In this document: piece by piece, positions 9,646 to 20,518 of the stretch
Numbering within the stretch: position 1 is the stretch's first letter
Layout of the letters: each line of letters opens with the position of its first letter
Virus record (IMG/VR): IMGVR_UViG_2545824712_000011
Origin: a virus
Lineage: Duplodnaviria; Heunggongvirae; Uroviricota; Caudoviricetes
Reading direction: 5' to 3' (one strand)
Length of the DNA stretch: 39,625 bases
Notes under the pieces: model-generated
Databases searched by the model: none
What the model was told of the DNA's origin: nothing
What the model saw: the letters and a program-made list of their open reading frames with translations, nothing else
Translations under genes and position numbers: made by a program

Positions 9646-10493
9646 TACTGCTCCGCGATTATCTTGATGGTTGTGGCAGTAAACGCCGCCCCATTTGACT
9701 GAATGGTTAACGTACTGCCATTTGTGGCAAGAAAGCCGTCTTTATCCACGCTGAAGAACGTAGCTAACAGGATGTTGTCGGTTGTTGTCTCCGCATTACG
9801 ACTGCTGACCAGTGTGTCAGGAACAGAGCCGGAAAAGGTTAGCTGCATTGACCTGTTTGCGGTTCCGCTGGGCCACGTCCCGACGATCGACAGCTTGAAG
9901 AACAAGGTTTTGTTCTCGTTGAACACAACCATCTTGTTGTTAACGGTGTCGAAGAATGGTGCCAACGTGCCGGATGACGGCGTGAGCGTTTTCAGCAGGC
10001 TAACAAGGTTGGTCGGCGCTGTCGGAATGGTTACTGATACGCCAGAGTAAACAACCTCTGACTTCTTGCGAGTAGTGGCATACTCCAGAGCATCGATGCG
10101 CGTTTCATGGTCTGAAACCTGCGATTCCAGCGACTGAACTCTGGTATCAAGCGACGCAATATCGCTTTCATTCTGAGTGATTCGCGTTTCATGTTCCTGA
10201 AGAGTTGATTCTGCCTGGCTGATTCGCTCCTCATGATTAACAAGCGTTGCTTCCGCAGCAGAAATTCGTTGCTCATGGTCAGAGAGAATCACATCCTGCT
10301 CATCGTTCCTGACTTGTGCATCATAAGCGCCCTGCCCTGCTTCGTTGGCCTTGTTCGCCACGTTACCAACATCAGTACCCTGTGCGATAACGTACAGCAG
10401 ATATGACTGCGAGAAGATATTGCGTGGAAGGACTGATGTGTCGAGTCGTGTAGCCTGAATGATTACCGGCTCATTGAGATTCGAATCAGCCAT
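9645..10493 (-). CDS. Tail needle protein (P22 gp26-like) with Sf6-type C-terminal knob
   Basis: [43 protein letters not shown]... matches gp26 N-terminus; heptad repeats; C-terminal domain longer than P22 (282 aa); ATG overlaps gp10 stop. Confidence 0.85.
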   Translation of the reverse strand: MADSNLNEPVIIQATRLDTSVLPRNIFSQSYLLYVIAQGTDVGNVANKANEAGQGAYDAQVRNDEQDVILSDHEQRISAAEATLVNHEERISQAESTLQEHETRITQNESDIASLDTRVQSLESQVSDHETRIDALEYATTRKKSEVVYSGVSVTIPTAPTNLVSLLKTLTPSSGTLAPFFDTVNNKMVVFNENKTLFFKLSIVGTWPSGTANRSMQLTFSGSVPDTLVSSRNAETTTDNILLATFFSVDKDGFLATNGSTLTIQSNGAAFTATTIKIIAEQ

Positions 10494-11911
10494 TACTCGA
10501 TCCTTATCTGGCAGCCTGACAGAGTGACAGGTGACTTCGTGATAACGCGCAATTTGAAGCCGACATTTTTCCTGATGCGCCCGACACGCTTCCACAAAAC
10601 ACGTTTGTCGTAAATGAACGGTTCATTCTGTTCAATCATCTGCTCACGCCCGTAATTTATGCCGTCAGTGGTTGCAGAGAGGAACAGGCGGTCGGCGTAC
10701 TGAGCTACGCCAGTGGATGATTCCACCTCCAGATCGAAGCATCTGGCGTTATCCGCTTTGAACAGTGGAGTAAACAGCAGGTGTTCCTGTTGCTTGTCGT
10801 ACTGGCTGCTGATGTCGAATTGCAATTTCCCGGTCACGGACTCCAGTTTATCGCCGCACGTTATCTGATTGCCTTCGTAAATGAAGTCGATAGCGCGGTA
10901 CACATCGTCATACAGACCTGTTTTCAGCACACACCATTGCGGACCATTGGCGCTTGAAGATGCGTCGTACACGAGAACATGGCGCGGAAGGTGGATAATC
11001 AGCAACTCATGAGCATCAAATCGCAGCGATTCCATCACACCATCAGCCAGTTCATCAGCAGTGTAGGAGCGGAGGATTTTCTCAATGCTCGCGCTGGCGA
11101 TTGGTGACACCTGACCGGAGCCGATGATGTATACAGACGGCGCACCCGTTGCCGGATTGCTGATGAACGCATACGAATCAGCAAACGGCGTTTTGCAGTA
11201 AGTCCCGGCGATGCCTTTTTGCACCATCAGTGATGGCTGTGCGACATACAAAGCAGCACCAACGGTGGTTGCGCCAGTCAGGGAGAAATATTCAATAGTC
11301 GATGAACCAAAGCAGACGATGAAGTCTCGCCATGTCCCGATACCGATGATGCCGTCCGGCTGAGACTCGGCACGATATTGTGCGCTGTAACGGTCAGGAT
11401 GCGATTCGTCTTCAAGGTCAGTGATAAACCATGAATCAGTGCCGTCTTTTGACCACGCATAACGCCCACGTAAACGAGTAATGTCGCGAACCGAACCTAA
11501 CTCATACTGAGTGAATCCGCTGTCTGTAGGCCAGTTTGAGACTGTTTTAACCGTGCCATCATAGCGATACTCTACCAGTTGACCATTAACGCCTACAGCC
11601 TGAGATGTCCGACCATGCGCCATTGATACACGACCACTTCCGGCAACATCACCGACTTCGCTTTCGCCCTTATACAGCTTGCCCCCACACACGCGATATA
11701 CAGCACTCTGCGCCATGTTGTACTCGACGCCGCGCGATATACCGTTCACATCAGAACGTTTGGCAATGCCCGGGAATGAGCGAAGATATCCGCTGCTGTT
11801 AAGGATTTCTTTTGGTGTAGCCAGCATATTCACTGGCAGATAGTCGATATAGTCGGCGTTTCGAAAGTCTTTGCCGACACCTTTCATAAGCGGAAGTTGC
11901 TGAATCGGCAT
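10493..11911 (-). CDS. Tail accessory/hub protein, P22 gp10-like
   Basis: 472 aa, same size and position as P22 gp10. Confidence 0.75.
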   Translation of the reverse strand: MPIQQLPLMKGVGKDFRNADYIDYLPVNMLATPKEILNSSGYLRSFPGIAKRSDVNGISRGVEYNMAQSAVYRVCGGKLYKGESEVGDVAGSGRVSMAHGRTSQAVGVNGQLVEYRYDGTVKTVSNWPTDSGFTQYELGSVRDITRLRGRYAWSKDGTDSWFITDLEDESHPDRYSAQYRAESQPDGIIGIGTWRDFIVCFGSSTIEYFSLTGATTVGAALYVAQPSLMVQKGIAGTYCKTPFADSYAFISNPATGAPSVYIIGSGQVSPIASASIEKILRSYTADELADGVMESLRFDAHELLIIHLPRHVLVYDASSSANGPQWCVLKTGLYDDVYRAIDFIYEGNQITCGDKLESVTGKLQFDISSQYDKQQEHLLFTPLFKADNARCFDLEVESSTGVAQYADRLFLSATTDGINYGREQMIEQNEPFIYDKRVLWKRVGRIRKNVGFKLRVITKSPVTLSGCQIRIE

Positions 11912-11919
11912 TTATTCAC

Positions 11920-12402
11920 CTATGCGTTTGGGATATCGCCATCAATCATAGGGAGATCGCCTGGATAATATCGGTCAGATGTAAACACGTCATATTTATT
12001 ACCCTGTCCTACAGGAAAATCTCCACGTCGTCGCATTGAAGGAACAACCAGAGTGTCGGTCATCAAGGCATCATATGAGCGTTGGGCGTTACTGAGAACT
12101 TGCGGAGTTGGCTCAAGGCTGTAATCAGATAGCATTCTCAGCAATAACTGATAGCCTACTGCGTGTTTGTATTTTCTTGGAAGACCTGACTCATCATCTG
12201 GTAATGGCTGCTCATCTCCAGTTGCGAAAGCGTAACCAATGTCGCCGGGGTTAATCATCCACTCGGACATCATATCTTCCAGATCATTTACACCATCTTC
12301 AATTGATTGCGGCTCAACATCAGTCAGCGATGCATTAGAAGCAATAGCAAACTTACGAAGCGCAAAAAGGACGATCTCACCCTTTGTCAGTACTGTTGCC
12401 AT
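11920..12402 (-). CDS. Tail adaptor protein, P22 gp4-like
   Basis: 160 aa; synteny downstream of coat. Confidence 0.7.
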   Translation of the reverse strand: MATVLTKGEIVLFALRKFAIASNASLTDVEPQSIEDGVNDLEDMMSEWMINPGDIGYAFATGDEQPLPDDESGLPRKYKHAVGYQLLLRMLSDYSLEPTPQVLSNAQRSYDALMTDTLVVPSMRRRGDFPVGQGNKYDVFTSDRYYPGDLPMIDGDIPNA

Positions 12403-12562
12403 TGTCTGCCGCCTTACGACCTCGCTTACTGGTCGGTTTCAATTCATCAACTGAGGCAACAAAGCCCAACTTTTCGAAAAACTGGAAGTCTTTTTCTGCG
12501 ATAACGGCCTGTACATGTCCGGATTCGTTATCTGCGGCAAGGAATACACTCATGCGATCCAT
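12377..12562 (-). CDS. Small hypothetical protein between coat and gp4
   Basis: 61-aa ORF in the late operon, overlapping gp4 start by 26 bp; Sf6-like genomes carry a small ORF here as I recall. Confidence 0.4.
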   Translation of the reverse strand: MDRMSVFLAADNESGHVQAVIAEKDFQFFEKLGFVASVDELKPTSKRGRKAADNGNSTDKG

Positions 12563-12572
12563 ATTGTTTCCT

Positions 12573-12600
12573 TAAAACATAAAAGGGGCGGAAGCCCCTT
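12573..12600 (-). terminator. Intrinsic terminator immediately downstream of coat gene
   Basis: Minus strand AAGGGGC-TTCC-GCCCCTT followed by TTATGTTTT. Confidence 0.65.
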
Positions 12601-12604
12601 GTTA

Positions 12605-13876
12605 TTACGGATTACCGAAGAACTGACCGCCCATGTGAGGGTTAAAGCACACATATGCAGGCAGTAAGTCAAAGCGCATTTTTTGCACGTTGGCATCGCC
12701 ATCTGCGTATTTATGTACGCGGATGGAGAAACCTTCATATGTTGCAACAGCAGAATCAATACTGTGCAGTTTCGGCAGTGGGATAGAGCCAAGTCCACAG
12801 AAGAACTTGTTATAGAACAGGTTTGGCTTCATTGTCTGGCTAGCAGTGCCTACTACAGATACGGCATCGCCTGCCGCTACCTGACGACTTACAGAGTTGT
12901 ACTGCGGGTTTGTAGTGTCATAAATCGGAACACCAGAAAGCGTAACCGTCACATCGCCACTGCTGTCTGAATTAGCATCAGCAGTAACCGTTGCAGTGAA
13001 GCTAATTGGTGTGGCTCCGTTATACAACGCCTGTTTGGTCTGCTGTTGCAGCCAGTAGGTATTGGTGAATTTAACCTGATCACCAGCTTTCAGAAAACCT
13101 GTAACGCTGGCTGTCGCTCCGGTCAATGTTACAGTGAACTGGTATGAGTCTTTAACTGCGTTATAGGTAACAGTTGGCTGTGTTTTGACTGTCAGTGTTC
13201 CGCCAAATGCCCCCTGCGTACGAGAGGCAAGCCCATTAGACATCAGTGCGCGAATGCCGCCAAAATTGGTTGGGATCTGTGCATTCTCCCATGCAGTACG
13301 AACCAATTGATCTGAAGCGTGCAAACCAGTCTGCGCATCAGCAAGTCGCTGTGCAGACCATGGATCCATTACAGCATAGTTTTCACCTTCATTAACGCCG
13401 AGGTCTTTCAGGAAAGATGCCGTCTGCGCAACATCAGACCATTTGGTGATTGGAGTATTGGGGCTACCAAGTGACAACGCACCGTTATTCATCATGAAGT
13501 GAGCAAGCTCTGTTTCAAGGTCGGTAACGATTCGCTGGCGAACCGGCGCGAGAATTTCTTCCAGCTGGTTAAGCTTGATCGCTTCCTCCAGTTGCTGATA
13601 TTCAACAGCAACAGTGATGTAGTTACCTACACGCCCCGTAGCTTTACCTGAGATCAGGTTGTTTTTATTTTGCCCTGAAATATCACCAGTGGGAGTACGG
13701 AGGGATGAGAATTGATGCGGACGTTTAAAGCTAACGCTATCGCCAGTGCTGGAGTTGATTTCACCTGCCAGCAACTGACGGTCTACGGTTTTCGCCAGAA
13801 CTAAATCTGACATAAAACCCGGAAGGAATTTTTTCAGAACGATTTGACTGACGTTACTGTCGAGATTGTTAGGCAT
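12605..13876 (-). CDS. Major coat protein (Sf6/CUS-3 type)
   Basis: 423 aa MPNNLDSNVSQIVLKKFLPGF...; follows scaffold gene; differs from P22 gp5 and matches the Sf6-type coat as recalled. Confidence 0.8.
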   Translation of the reverse strand: MPNNLDSNVSQIVLKKFLPGFMSDLVLAKTVDRQLLAGEINSSTGDSVSFKRPHQFSSLRTPTGDISGQNKNNLISGKATGRVGNYITVAVEYQQLEEAIKLNQLEEILAPVRQRIVTDLETELAHFMMNNGALSLGSPNTPITKWSDVAQTASFLKDLGVNEGENYAVMDPWSAQRLADAQTGLHASDQLVRTAWENAQIPTNFGGIRALMSNGLASRTQGAFGGTLTVKTQPTVTYNAVKDSYQFTVTLTGATASVTGFLKAGDQVKFTNTYWLQQQTKQALYNGATPISFTATVTADANSDSSGDVTVTLSGVPIYDTTNPQYNSVSRQVAAGDAVSVVGTASQTMKPNLFYNKFFCGLGSIPLPKLHSIDSAVATYEGFSIRVHKYADGDANVQKMRFDLLPAYVCFNPHMGGQFFGNP

Positions 13877-13887
13877 TTATCTTTTCC

Positions 13888-14772
13888 TTATTCGATTTTT
13901 GCGCCGGGGCATAATTTGTTGAATTCGTCTTGTTTCGCATCAGCACCGCCACCACGTACTTCCGGCTCTGGCTTGATGGCTTTCTTTGGTTTTGGAGCAA
14001 GGCTTACCTGTTTGCTAATCTGCCCCAAGAGGAATGCTGCGCGAATTGGATCTGTCTCAGCGGCTACACGCTGGCGTAATTGCTGGCTCTTACCTAAGCC
14101 ATAGGCGAGTAGTTCAGAGCCTTCGTCTGCACAGTGAATGATGATTTCCTGCTGAATTGGTGGTAGCTCACTAAGAACAATGGCTTCCATTTCCTGATAA
14201 TCTTTCACAGGAAGTTTGGCTGCCCGTTGTTTATGCGCTTCTACCCTTTGCTGGAAACGCTGCTGGTATTCCTGTTGCTGACGTAGTTTTTGTTGCTGCT
14301 GCTGTTCGACACGGCCTTTTTTCTCATGCCAATCAGTCAATGCCTGTTCAAACGCCTGTTCGTCATAATCACACGACTCAAGAGTCGGTTTTGGTGGAAT
14401 AGCGTCTGGTTGTGGTTGCTGATGTTCCGCTGGCTTGGCTAATGCTTCCTCAAGCTGGCGGCGCAACTCACGGTTTTCTTTCTGTGTTTCTTTGAAGCCT
14501 TTGCGAAGATCTTTCACCCATTGCGGTGCAGGTTGCCCGTCAATGTGATCATCATCGTCAGCGTTAAGCTGAATTTCTTCATCACCAATACGCAAGGCGT
14601 AATCTTCTGGTGTCTCTTCGGTTTTTTCAGGCTCAGTTGCCACCTCTTTACCGTTGTCATCCTGGCTTTCATTCTCAGGCTGTGACTCTGTTTGGATGAT
14701 GGTTTCTTCTGCATTTTCCTGTGCTTCAGACAGGTCAATAACCTGACCGTCGATGATCAGTTCGTTTTCCAT
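13888..14772 (-). CDS. Scaffolding protein
   Basis: 294 aa, highly acidic and Gln-rich helical composition, between portal and coat. Confidence 0.75.
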   Translation of the reverse strand: MENELIIDGQVIDLSEAQENAEETIIQTESQPENESQDDNGKEVATEPEKTEETPEDYALRIGDEEIQLNADDDDHIDGQPAPQWVKDLRKGFKETQKENRELRRQLEEALAKPAEHQQPQPDAIPPKPTLESCDYDEQAFEQALTDWHEKKGRVEQQQQQKLRQQQEYQQRFQQRVEAHKQRAAKLPVKDYQEMEAIVLSELPPIQQEIIIHCADEGSELLAYGLGKSQQLRQRVAAETDPIRAAFLLGQISKQVSLAPKPKKAIKPEPEVRGGGADAKQDEFNKLCPGAKIE

Positions 14773-14785
14773 TGATTACTCCTGG

Positions 14786-16912
14786 TTAACTCGGCATTAA
14801 GTCTGCCGGTGACTGTGGTGGTGACTGGAATTGCTGTTGTTGTGACTCGGCGACATCTTTCAGAAGGCGTATTGCCTCCATCACTGCTTTGTCATCGATG
14901 TTTCTGGCTTGAGCCAGTTTATAGACAGTGTTTGCCTGACTCTCCATCGCATCCTGCTGGGCAGTAAATGCTTTGATTTGAGTTTGAGCAGTTTCGTTAG
15001 TTGCTTTTTGCGCTTCTGCCTGCGCTGCTACCATTTGCGCCTGAGCGAGAACCATTTCAGGATTTGGCTGGCTTTGTGCTGCCATTTGCGCCTGTTGAAC
15101 AATCTGCTGCTCTTTCTCATTGCGTGGTTTTGCAATACCAGATATCAGCAGTTGGTTTCGGTTGTACTCTTTGAAGTCATCAAGGCCTTCGCCATCGATA
15201 TTGTCCAGAATAATACCCTGAATTGCCTGGCGCATTGGGTCTGTTGGAAGCATAGAGCTAAGGACATTTGTCAGTACAGAAACCGTTGCATCACGTCGTG
15301 CTGTGTAGCTTGGTCCAACATCAACCGTCACATCGTATCGACCGACAGAAAGGTCATTTAACGCAACAACAGCCCCTGTTTGCCTGTCAACAACCTGTGC
15401 GCTCAGGACAGCGATATCATCACTTCCATCTTCGTTAACGATGCGCACTTCACGTTCTGAACCGTACACTTCACGCGCCATTGACAGCCATACTTCACCA
15501 GCGCGTTTAAGACTTTTCGCCATATTGTCCAGATAGATAAACGAAGCCATATCTGCTCTGTTCATCAAGTTGTTAACCGTTTCCTGAGCAATATTACTTG
15601 GCATCTGCTGCATGGCCTGACTGCCGCCTGTAACCTCCTGAATATCAGCACTGGTTTGCTGTAGTAATGCAGCCAATGCCTGATTCATAACCGCAGGCTG
15701 TGTATATCCTGCCGGGGTAGCTCCAGCGATAATGTTGCCAGATTTATCTCTCACTTCGCGCAACGGCAAGAACGCTGGGCGTTTCTTGTTGCGAGCCTCC
15801 CAGTGCTTCTCAAGTCCACGAATTTGCTCCATGCCAACTATAGGGATCTGACCGGGGTCTTGCGCTGCAGTATCAGCCAGCATTGAAACCTGAAGGTTGT
15901 ACAAACGCTGTGGATCCATTGCTTTTGCAATGTGCCCTTCGACACGCTCAATGTCATCAATGAACCAGCGTTTTCCATAAACCGGGATGAGGGGGATATG
16001 CTCACCAGGAATACGTCGAGGTTTCTCAAGGAAACCATCACCATCCACTACGGATACATACACACGACGGCGCTTCACTGAGCGCCTTGCCACTTCCTGA
16101 AATCCAGCTATTGCCAGTTCATCTTCAATATCTTCAACCTGATCACTGTCGTATGTTGCAATCTCTCCAGTGATTGGATGTCGATAACTGATGACGTCAA
16201 CAGACTCTTTACGAACTTCGTAATACTTCGCTATGTAAATAACATCTGCACCAAACCAGTTATATTCCCAACTGGTCATAGACGTTACATCCAGAGAAGC
16301 AGGAGGTTTCTTTCCGTATTCAGCCTCATATTTTTCAGGTGACAACGAATACATACAGAACGCCCACAACGCGTCAGATTTGTCGTACTTCTTAGCGTCA
16401 GGGTCAAACCACACAGAGCGCGACGGGTCGTATATTGGTTCAATAGCAATACGCTGACGATCGTCCATGGGGTCGTATTCATTGACCAGCATCGACGTCA
16501 AACGGAAGCAACCGAAACCACCAGTAGCAGCGTCGTCAAATGCATTATCGCAAGCCTCACCGCCATCAGTTTCTTCGTAGTCAGCACGGAACAGACCATT
16601 TAATTTATTGGCTAACTCTTCGCTTGCCTCTCTGTCACCAGGACGAAACTTAACGGTGATTCTGTTATTGCGGTATTCTGCAATGATGCGGTTAAGTTCA
16701 GTTGCTACCTTATTGATTTCAAACTTAGGATACTTCTCGAACTGCTCATCAAGCTTAGTTCCAGCCGCCGTTGCTCCTTCCCATTGACCTCCGGGGACAC
16801 GAGCAAACCTCGTAGCTTCAATGCACTTTTCGCGCACTTCCTTCTGTGGAGAATAGGCGCGGTCAAACCTGAGCATGATCCGCTCATGTTTTTTCTCTAA
16901 TGTCTCTGCCAT
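14786..16912 (-). CDS. Portal protein
   Basis: Start MAETLEKKHERIM...; central region (YYEVRKESVDVISYRHPITGE..., GEHIPLIPVYG) resembles P22 gp1; directly downstream of terL. Confidence 0.85.
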   Translation of the reverse strand: MAETLEKKHERIMLRFDRAYSPQKEVREKCIEATRFARVPGGQWEGATAAGTKLDEQFEKYPKFEINKVATELNRIIAEYRNNRITVKFRPGDREASEELANKLNGLFRADYEETDGGEACDNAFDDAATGGFGCFRLTSMLVNEYDPMDDRQRIAIEPIYDPSRSVWFDPDAKKYDKSDALWAFCMYSLSPEKYEAEYGKKPPASLDVTSMTSWEYNWFGADVIYIAKYYEVRKESVDVISYRHPITGEIATYDSDQVEDIEDELAIAGFQEVARRSVKRRRVYVSVVDGDGFLEKPRRIPGEHIPLIPVYGKRWFIDDIERVEGHIAKAMDPQRLYNLQVSMLADTAAQDPGQIPIVGMEQIRGLEKHWEARNKKRPAFLPLREVRDKSGNIIAGATPAGYTQPAVMNQALAALLQQTSADIQEVTGGSQAMQQMPSNIAQETVNNLMNRADMASFIYLDNMAKSLKRAGEVWLSMAREVYGSEREVRIVNEDGSDDIAVLSAQVVDRQTGAVVALNDLSVGRYDVTVDVGPSYTARRDATVSVLTNVLSSMLPTDPMRQAIQGIILDNIDGEGLDDFKEYNRNQLLISGIAKPRNEKEQQIVQQAQMAAQSQPNPEMVLAQAQMVAAQAEAQKATNETAQTQIKAFTAQQDAMESQANTVYKLAQARNIDDKAVMEAIRLLKDVAESQQQQFQSPPQSPADLMPS

Positions 16913-16914
16913 GT

Positions 16915-18327
16915 TTACCAACCGGAGGATGAGGGGACGTATATTTCTGTTTCTTCGCGGACCAATGCCGGGCAATGCATACACATCATCAGCGCATCAG
17001 CCAGGTTAGGAGATGGAATACCGAGCTTCTGCTTCATTTCGACCTTAGTCATTAGCTCCAGCTTCCCGTTGTTATTGAATTTGCGCTGAATCTGCGTCAG
17101 TTCTGCAAACAGCTTCTCCAGCATCTTCTCGCCTATCGCTTCTTTGTCGAAACTCAGCATGTCGTCGGGGTCTGCATACTCACCGTGGACAACCGCCCGA
17201 TATGTCAGATACAGCCTGTCAGCCAGCGCGTAATAGAATTGCGCTCGCTTATTACGGAACACATCGCCAATAGTGCGAACGTTGTCGCCCTGCACGACTT
17301 CATCAGCCCATGCTCCGGCCTGATATGGTGCACCTTCATCGAATGGCGATTCGCTGCCCTTGAACATCGTGGCGGTGATTTTCTTGCCGGAGAACGCTTC
17401 TGTTGTCTGTCTGCGTAGCCCGGCACCAACACCATCACCATCCCACAGGTAATGGTCAGCGCCGTCTTCAATCGCCAGCGAAGTAGCCCAATCAGCGCCC
17501 TCGTTGATGTCCATCAGCAGACCTTCGGCAATACGCTTAACTACCGAACCGTGACGCGATGCGTAACCTTTAGCATCTGGCCCTGTATCTGATGGATCAT
17601 GCGCAGAGACAACAGCGCCTTTCGCTTTCCATCCGAGTTTCTTGTGCGCATCGGTTGCGGCTTCAAGCCATTCACGTTTGATGATTGCCATATCACTTGC
17701 GCTCACTGGCTCACCAAGCCAGATGTGACGATACAGTGTCGGATTTCTGCGTTTGCACTCTTCCATCTCCAGACGGAGAACTTCAGGAAAGTGCGGGTTG
17801 TCGGTGTAGTTCACCGTCAGCAGACAAATATCATCGGGAGGATTTACAACGAATCGCTGATAGGTATCGTCGAGGATGTTTTTCGGGTTGAAGCTCACCC
17901 ATATTTCGGAAAATGGCTTGCGGATGGTTGGTATCAGGATATCCCATGATTCCTTCGTTACCGCTTCCGCTTCTTCCACCCAGCAGATATCAATGCCTTC
18001 GAGCGATTTAATCTTCGTCGGGTTGTTTTTGATGCCGTAGAACATGAACTCAGCATTCGTTCCGAGATGACGAATCATGGAACGCTGAATTTCAAACTCA
18101 GCCGTATACCCTTCACGCTCTATGGTGTCTTCAAGCAGCCGGATTACCGAATCGCTGATACTGTTTTGCAGTTCACGAGCACAGAGAATACGCACTGGCT
18201 GCCGACGCGCCGCTTCAACAAGCAGTCTCGCAATTGCCCATGATTTACCGCTACCTCGACCGCCTTTGGCGACTTTGTAGCGATGCGCCTCAATGAACGG
18301 TTCAAAGATAGGATTAATCGAGGTCAT
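16915..18327 (-). CDS. terL: Terminase large subunit
   Basis: Walker A KGGRGSGKS; 470 aa as in Sf6 gp2. Confidence 0.9.
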   Translation of the reverse strand: MTSINPIFEPFIEAHRYKVAKGGRGSGKSWAIARLLVEAARRQPVRILCARELQNSISDSVIRLLEDTIEREGYTAEFEIQRSMIRHLGTNAEFMFYGIKNNPTKIKSLEGIDICWVEEAEAVTKESWDILIPTIRKPFSEIWVSFNPKNILDDTYQRFVVNPPDDICLLTVNYTDNPHFPEVLRLEMEECKRRNPTLYRHIWLGEPVSASDMAIIKREWLEAATDAHKKLGWKAKGAVVSAHDPSDTGPDAKGYASRHGSVVKRIAEGLLMDINEGADWATSLAIEDGADHYLWDGDGVGAGLRRQTTEAFSGKKITATMFKGSESPFDEGAPYQAGAWADEVVQGDNVRTIGDVFRNKRAQFYYALADRLYLTYRAVVHGEYADPDDMLSFDKEAIGEKMLEKLFAELTQIQRKFNNNGKLELMTKVEMKQKLGIPSPNLADALMMCMHCPALVREETEIYVPSSSGW

Positions 18328-18749
18328 TTTCCGAATAGAGTGCTCATCGGTGATGTTTCAATCTGGATTGCGCCGCCGTCTTTGCCGACAAGCTCGTTAG
18401 TTACCTTGTCGCCATACTTACGGGGATTCATTCGGGCCAGCGCCCATTTGCGGGTATCAACGCGAAGTCTTGCCTTTGCCACCTCAGCAGCATCTGGAAT
18501 CGCAGTGTCAGCAATTTCGAATATCTCTTCGAAAATAGAATCAGCTCGTGCCTCAGTTGCCTTCGCGTACTTGTCTCTAAATTCTTCATGCTCTGACAGC
18601 CAGCGAAATACAGTAGCCTTTGCTGGCATGCCTGGGCGCTTGCAAACCTTAACCAGACTTTCCCCGGAGGCAAGCAGCGCACAGATATCATCAGCCACCT
18701 CCGGCAGGTAATCCGAAGGGCGACCGACATTCTTTTTCTCAGTCGCCAT
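18324..18749 (-). CDS. terS: Terminase small subunit (Sf6 gp1-like)
   Basis: MATEKKNVGRPSDYLPEVADDICALLASGESLVKVCKRPGMP...; overlaps terL start. Confidence 0.85.
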   Translation of the reverse strand: MATEKKNVGRPSDYLPEVADDICALLASGESLVKVCKRPGMPAKATVFRWLSEHEEFRDKYAKATEARADSIFEEIFEIADTAIPDAAEVAKARLRVDTRKWALARMNPRKYGDKVTNELVGKDGGAIQIETSPMSTLFGK

Positions 18750-18828
18750 ATTGATTATTTCCCTTCTGCTTGCTTATCCCATTCATCGCGGAATTTGGAT
18801 GGGTTGTCGAAACCTTGAGTTGCCATGT

Positions 18829-19083
18829 TTATGCTCCGGTGGTGAACAGGTCTAACGCTTCCTTAGATTTACGCACCGCTTCGAATGTGCGGATCGTGAT
18901 ATCTGAATTAGCGCCGCCTGACTGGAAGTGAATTTTGAATAGCTCAAGCTTCAGTTCGTCAGTGCCAATGAATTGAAATGCTTCTTCTGCGGCTGCGTTC
19001 TGGTTCATGACCAGTTTGTAAATCTCTAACTGGAATTTCTGTTCTTCAGTCATGGGAATAATCTCTGCCATTGTTGGCTCCAT
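18829..19083 (-). CDS. Hypothetical protein upstream of terS
   Basis: 84-aa ORF in late orientation, no recognisable motif. Confidence 0.4.
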   Translation of the reverse strand: MEPTMAEIIPMTEEQKFQLEIYKLVMNQNAAAEEAFQFIGTDELKLELFKIHFQSGGANSDITIRTFEAVRKSKEALDLFTTGA

Positions 19084-19375
19084 TTATCCGTTAAAAGGGA
19101 TATCAGTTAAGTTATCCCGTGTAGGGTATAAGCCATTATCAAAGCCACTCTGTAGGAAGTGGCTTTTGTAATGGCAATAAAAAGCCCCGCGAATGCGAGG
19201 CTAAATCCTGGTATTTGTAATGACTGGCTCTTATCTCAACGCAGCCCCTTACCGCGCGCAAAATGCTCAATATCAAGCATCAGCAATGAGATGTTTAATC
19301 TGGATTCACTCCAGAAGTGATCACCACCCTGTCTACAGAGCCAGATGTGAAGGATGATGAGTAAAATTATCGCTA

Positions 19376-19843
19376 TCATCGAAGGCATTGCGTCCTGATG
19401 TATTCCTGAAGCGTTCTCAGTGCTGTTTGGTCGCGGATAATTCCGTCCCGGACACCGAGAACGTTTCGTCCAGCAACTGGAGAGAGTTCGACGGTGGCAT
19501 CATTGCCCATGCCGGAGGCGCCGGAGGTTTCGGATGAGGATGGCACAGGGCATTTTCCTTTGACGAGCACCCTGCCACCATTATCAAGCTTGCGCCGAAG
19601 AGCATCATTTTCAGCTTTCGCATCAGCTAACTCCTTCGTGTATTTAGCATCGAGTGCATCAGCAGCACGCTGGCGTTGCTGCATGTCAGTAATGGTGGCG
19701 GTCGCCTGCTTCAGCTCACTGACTTTTTTATCACGCTGTTCTTTATAGGCGATGGCGTTATCACGGTAATGATTAACAGCCCATGACAGGCAGACGATGA
19801 TGCAGATAACCAGAGCGGAGATAATCGCGGTGACTCTGCTCAT
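19376..19843 (-). CDS. Rz: Rz i-spanin
   Basis: [31 protein letters not shown]... matches lambda Rz; ATG overlaps endolysin stop. Confidence 0.9.
   Translation of the reverse strand: MSRVTAIISALVICIIVCLSWAVNHYRDNAIAYKEQRDKKVSELKQATATITDMQQRQRAADALDAKYTKELADAKAENDALRRKLDNGGRVLVKGKCPVPSSSETSGASGMGNDATVELSPVAGRNVLGVRDGIIRDQTALRTLQEYIRTQCLR
19417..19623 (-). CDS. Rz1: Rz1 o-spanin lipoprotein, embedded in Rz in another frame
   Basis: [19 protein letters not shown] lipobox followed by Pro-rich [11 protein letters not shown]. Confidence 0.75.
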   Translation of the reverse strand: MRKLKMMLFGASLIMVAGCSSKENALCHPHPKPPAPPAWAMMPPSNSLQLLDETFSVSGTELSATKQH

Positions 19844-20343
19844 TGCTGCCCCCACAAACAGACTTCACGCTCAATCTCACGGCGAGTCATCAGCCCTTTC
19901 CATTGCTTACCGCCAGCGTATGTCCAGCGACGTAGCTGGTCACATGCGCCATTGATATCGCCCTGGTTGATTTTGCGAAGAAGCGTCGATGTTCTGAAAT
20001 TGCCTGCGCCCACGTTATAGACGAACGAATAAAGAGCGCCGCGCGTTGTTTCCGGTATATCGACTTTGATGTACGGGTTAATTTGTCTGGCGACCGTGGC
20101 AAGGTCTTTATTCAGGAGGGCTTTGCATTCTGCTTCGGTATACGTTTTACCGAGCACGATGTCTTTTCCGGTATGTCCGTGACATACAGTCCATACACCA
20201 ACAATATCTTTGTATGGTATGTAGCTGACACCTTCCAGACCATCGTTACCACTTGGCCCAGTGATTAACACAGATGCTATAGCAATAGCCCCGCCACTTA
20301 TCGCCGCTATTACGCTATTTCGTAGTGCCGGTGACATTGCCAT
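19840..20343 (-). CDS. SAR endolysin (lysozyme, P21 R-like)
   Basis: N-terminal weakly hydrophobic SAR segment [22 protein letters not shown] then lysozyme core; close to P21 R as recalled. Confidence 0.85.
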   Translation of the reverse strand: MAMSPALRNSVIAAISGGAIAIASVLITGPSGNDGLEGVSYIPYKDIVGVWTVCHGHTGKDIVLGKTYTEAECKALLNKDLATVARQINPYIKVDIPETTRGALYSFVYNVGAGNFRTSTLLRKINQGDINGACDQLRRWTYAGGKQWKGLMTRREIEREVCLWGQQ

Positions 20344-20518
20344 TCAATCTGTCCTCGCGCTCTTTGCGCTTGTAGTACCAGTTGATGCCAAATGTGCCGA
20401 CAGTACAAAGAATACCAATGATGACAGCCCAGTCATTCAGGGAGAGAATGCCACCCATCGCAGTCAGTCCTCCGAAGCTGTAACTGAACCATTCTCTGAT
20501 TTTGTCCATACGGTACAT
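20315..20518 (-). CDS. Pinholin-like class II holin with dual start
   Basis: MYRMDKI... dual Met start, two hydrophobic segments, charged C-terminus KRKEREDRL; overlaps endolysin start. Confidence 0.75.
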   Translation of the reverse strand: MYRMDKIREWFSYSFGGLTAMGGILSLNDWAVIIGILCTVGTFGINWYYKRKEREDRLNGNVTGTTK

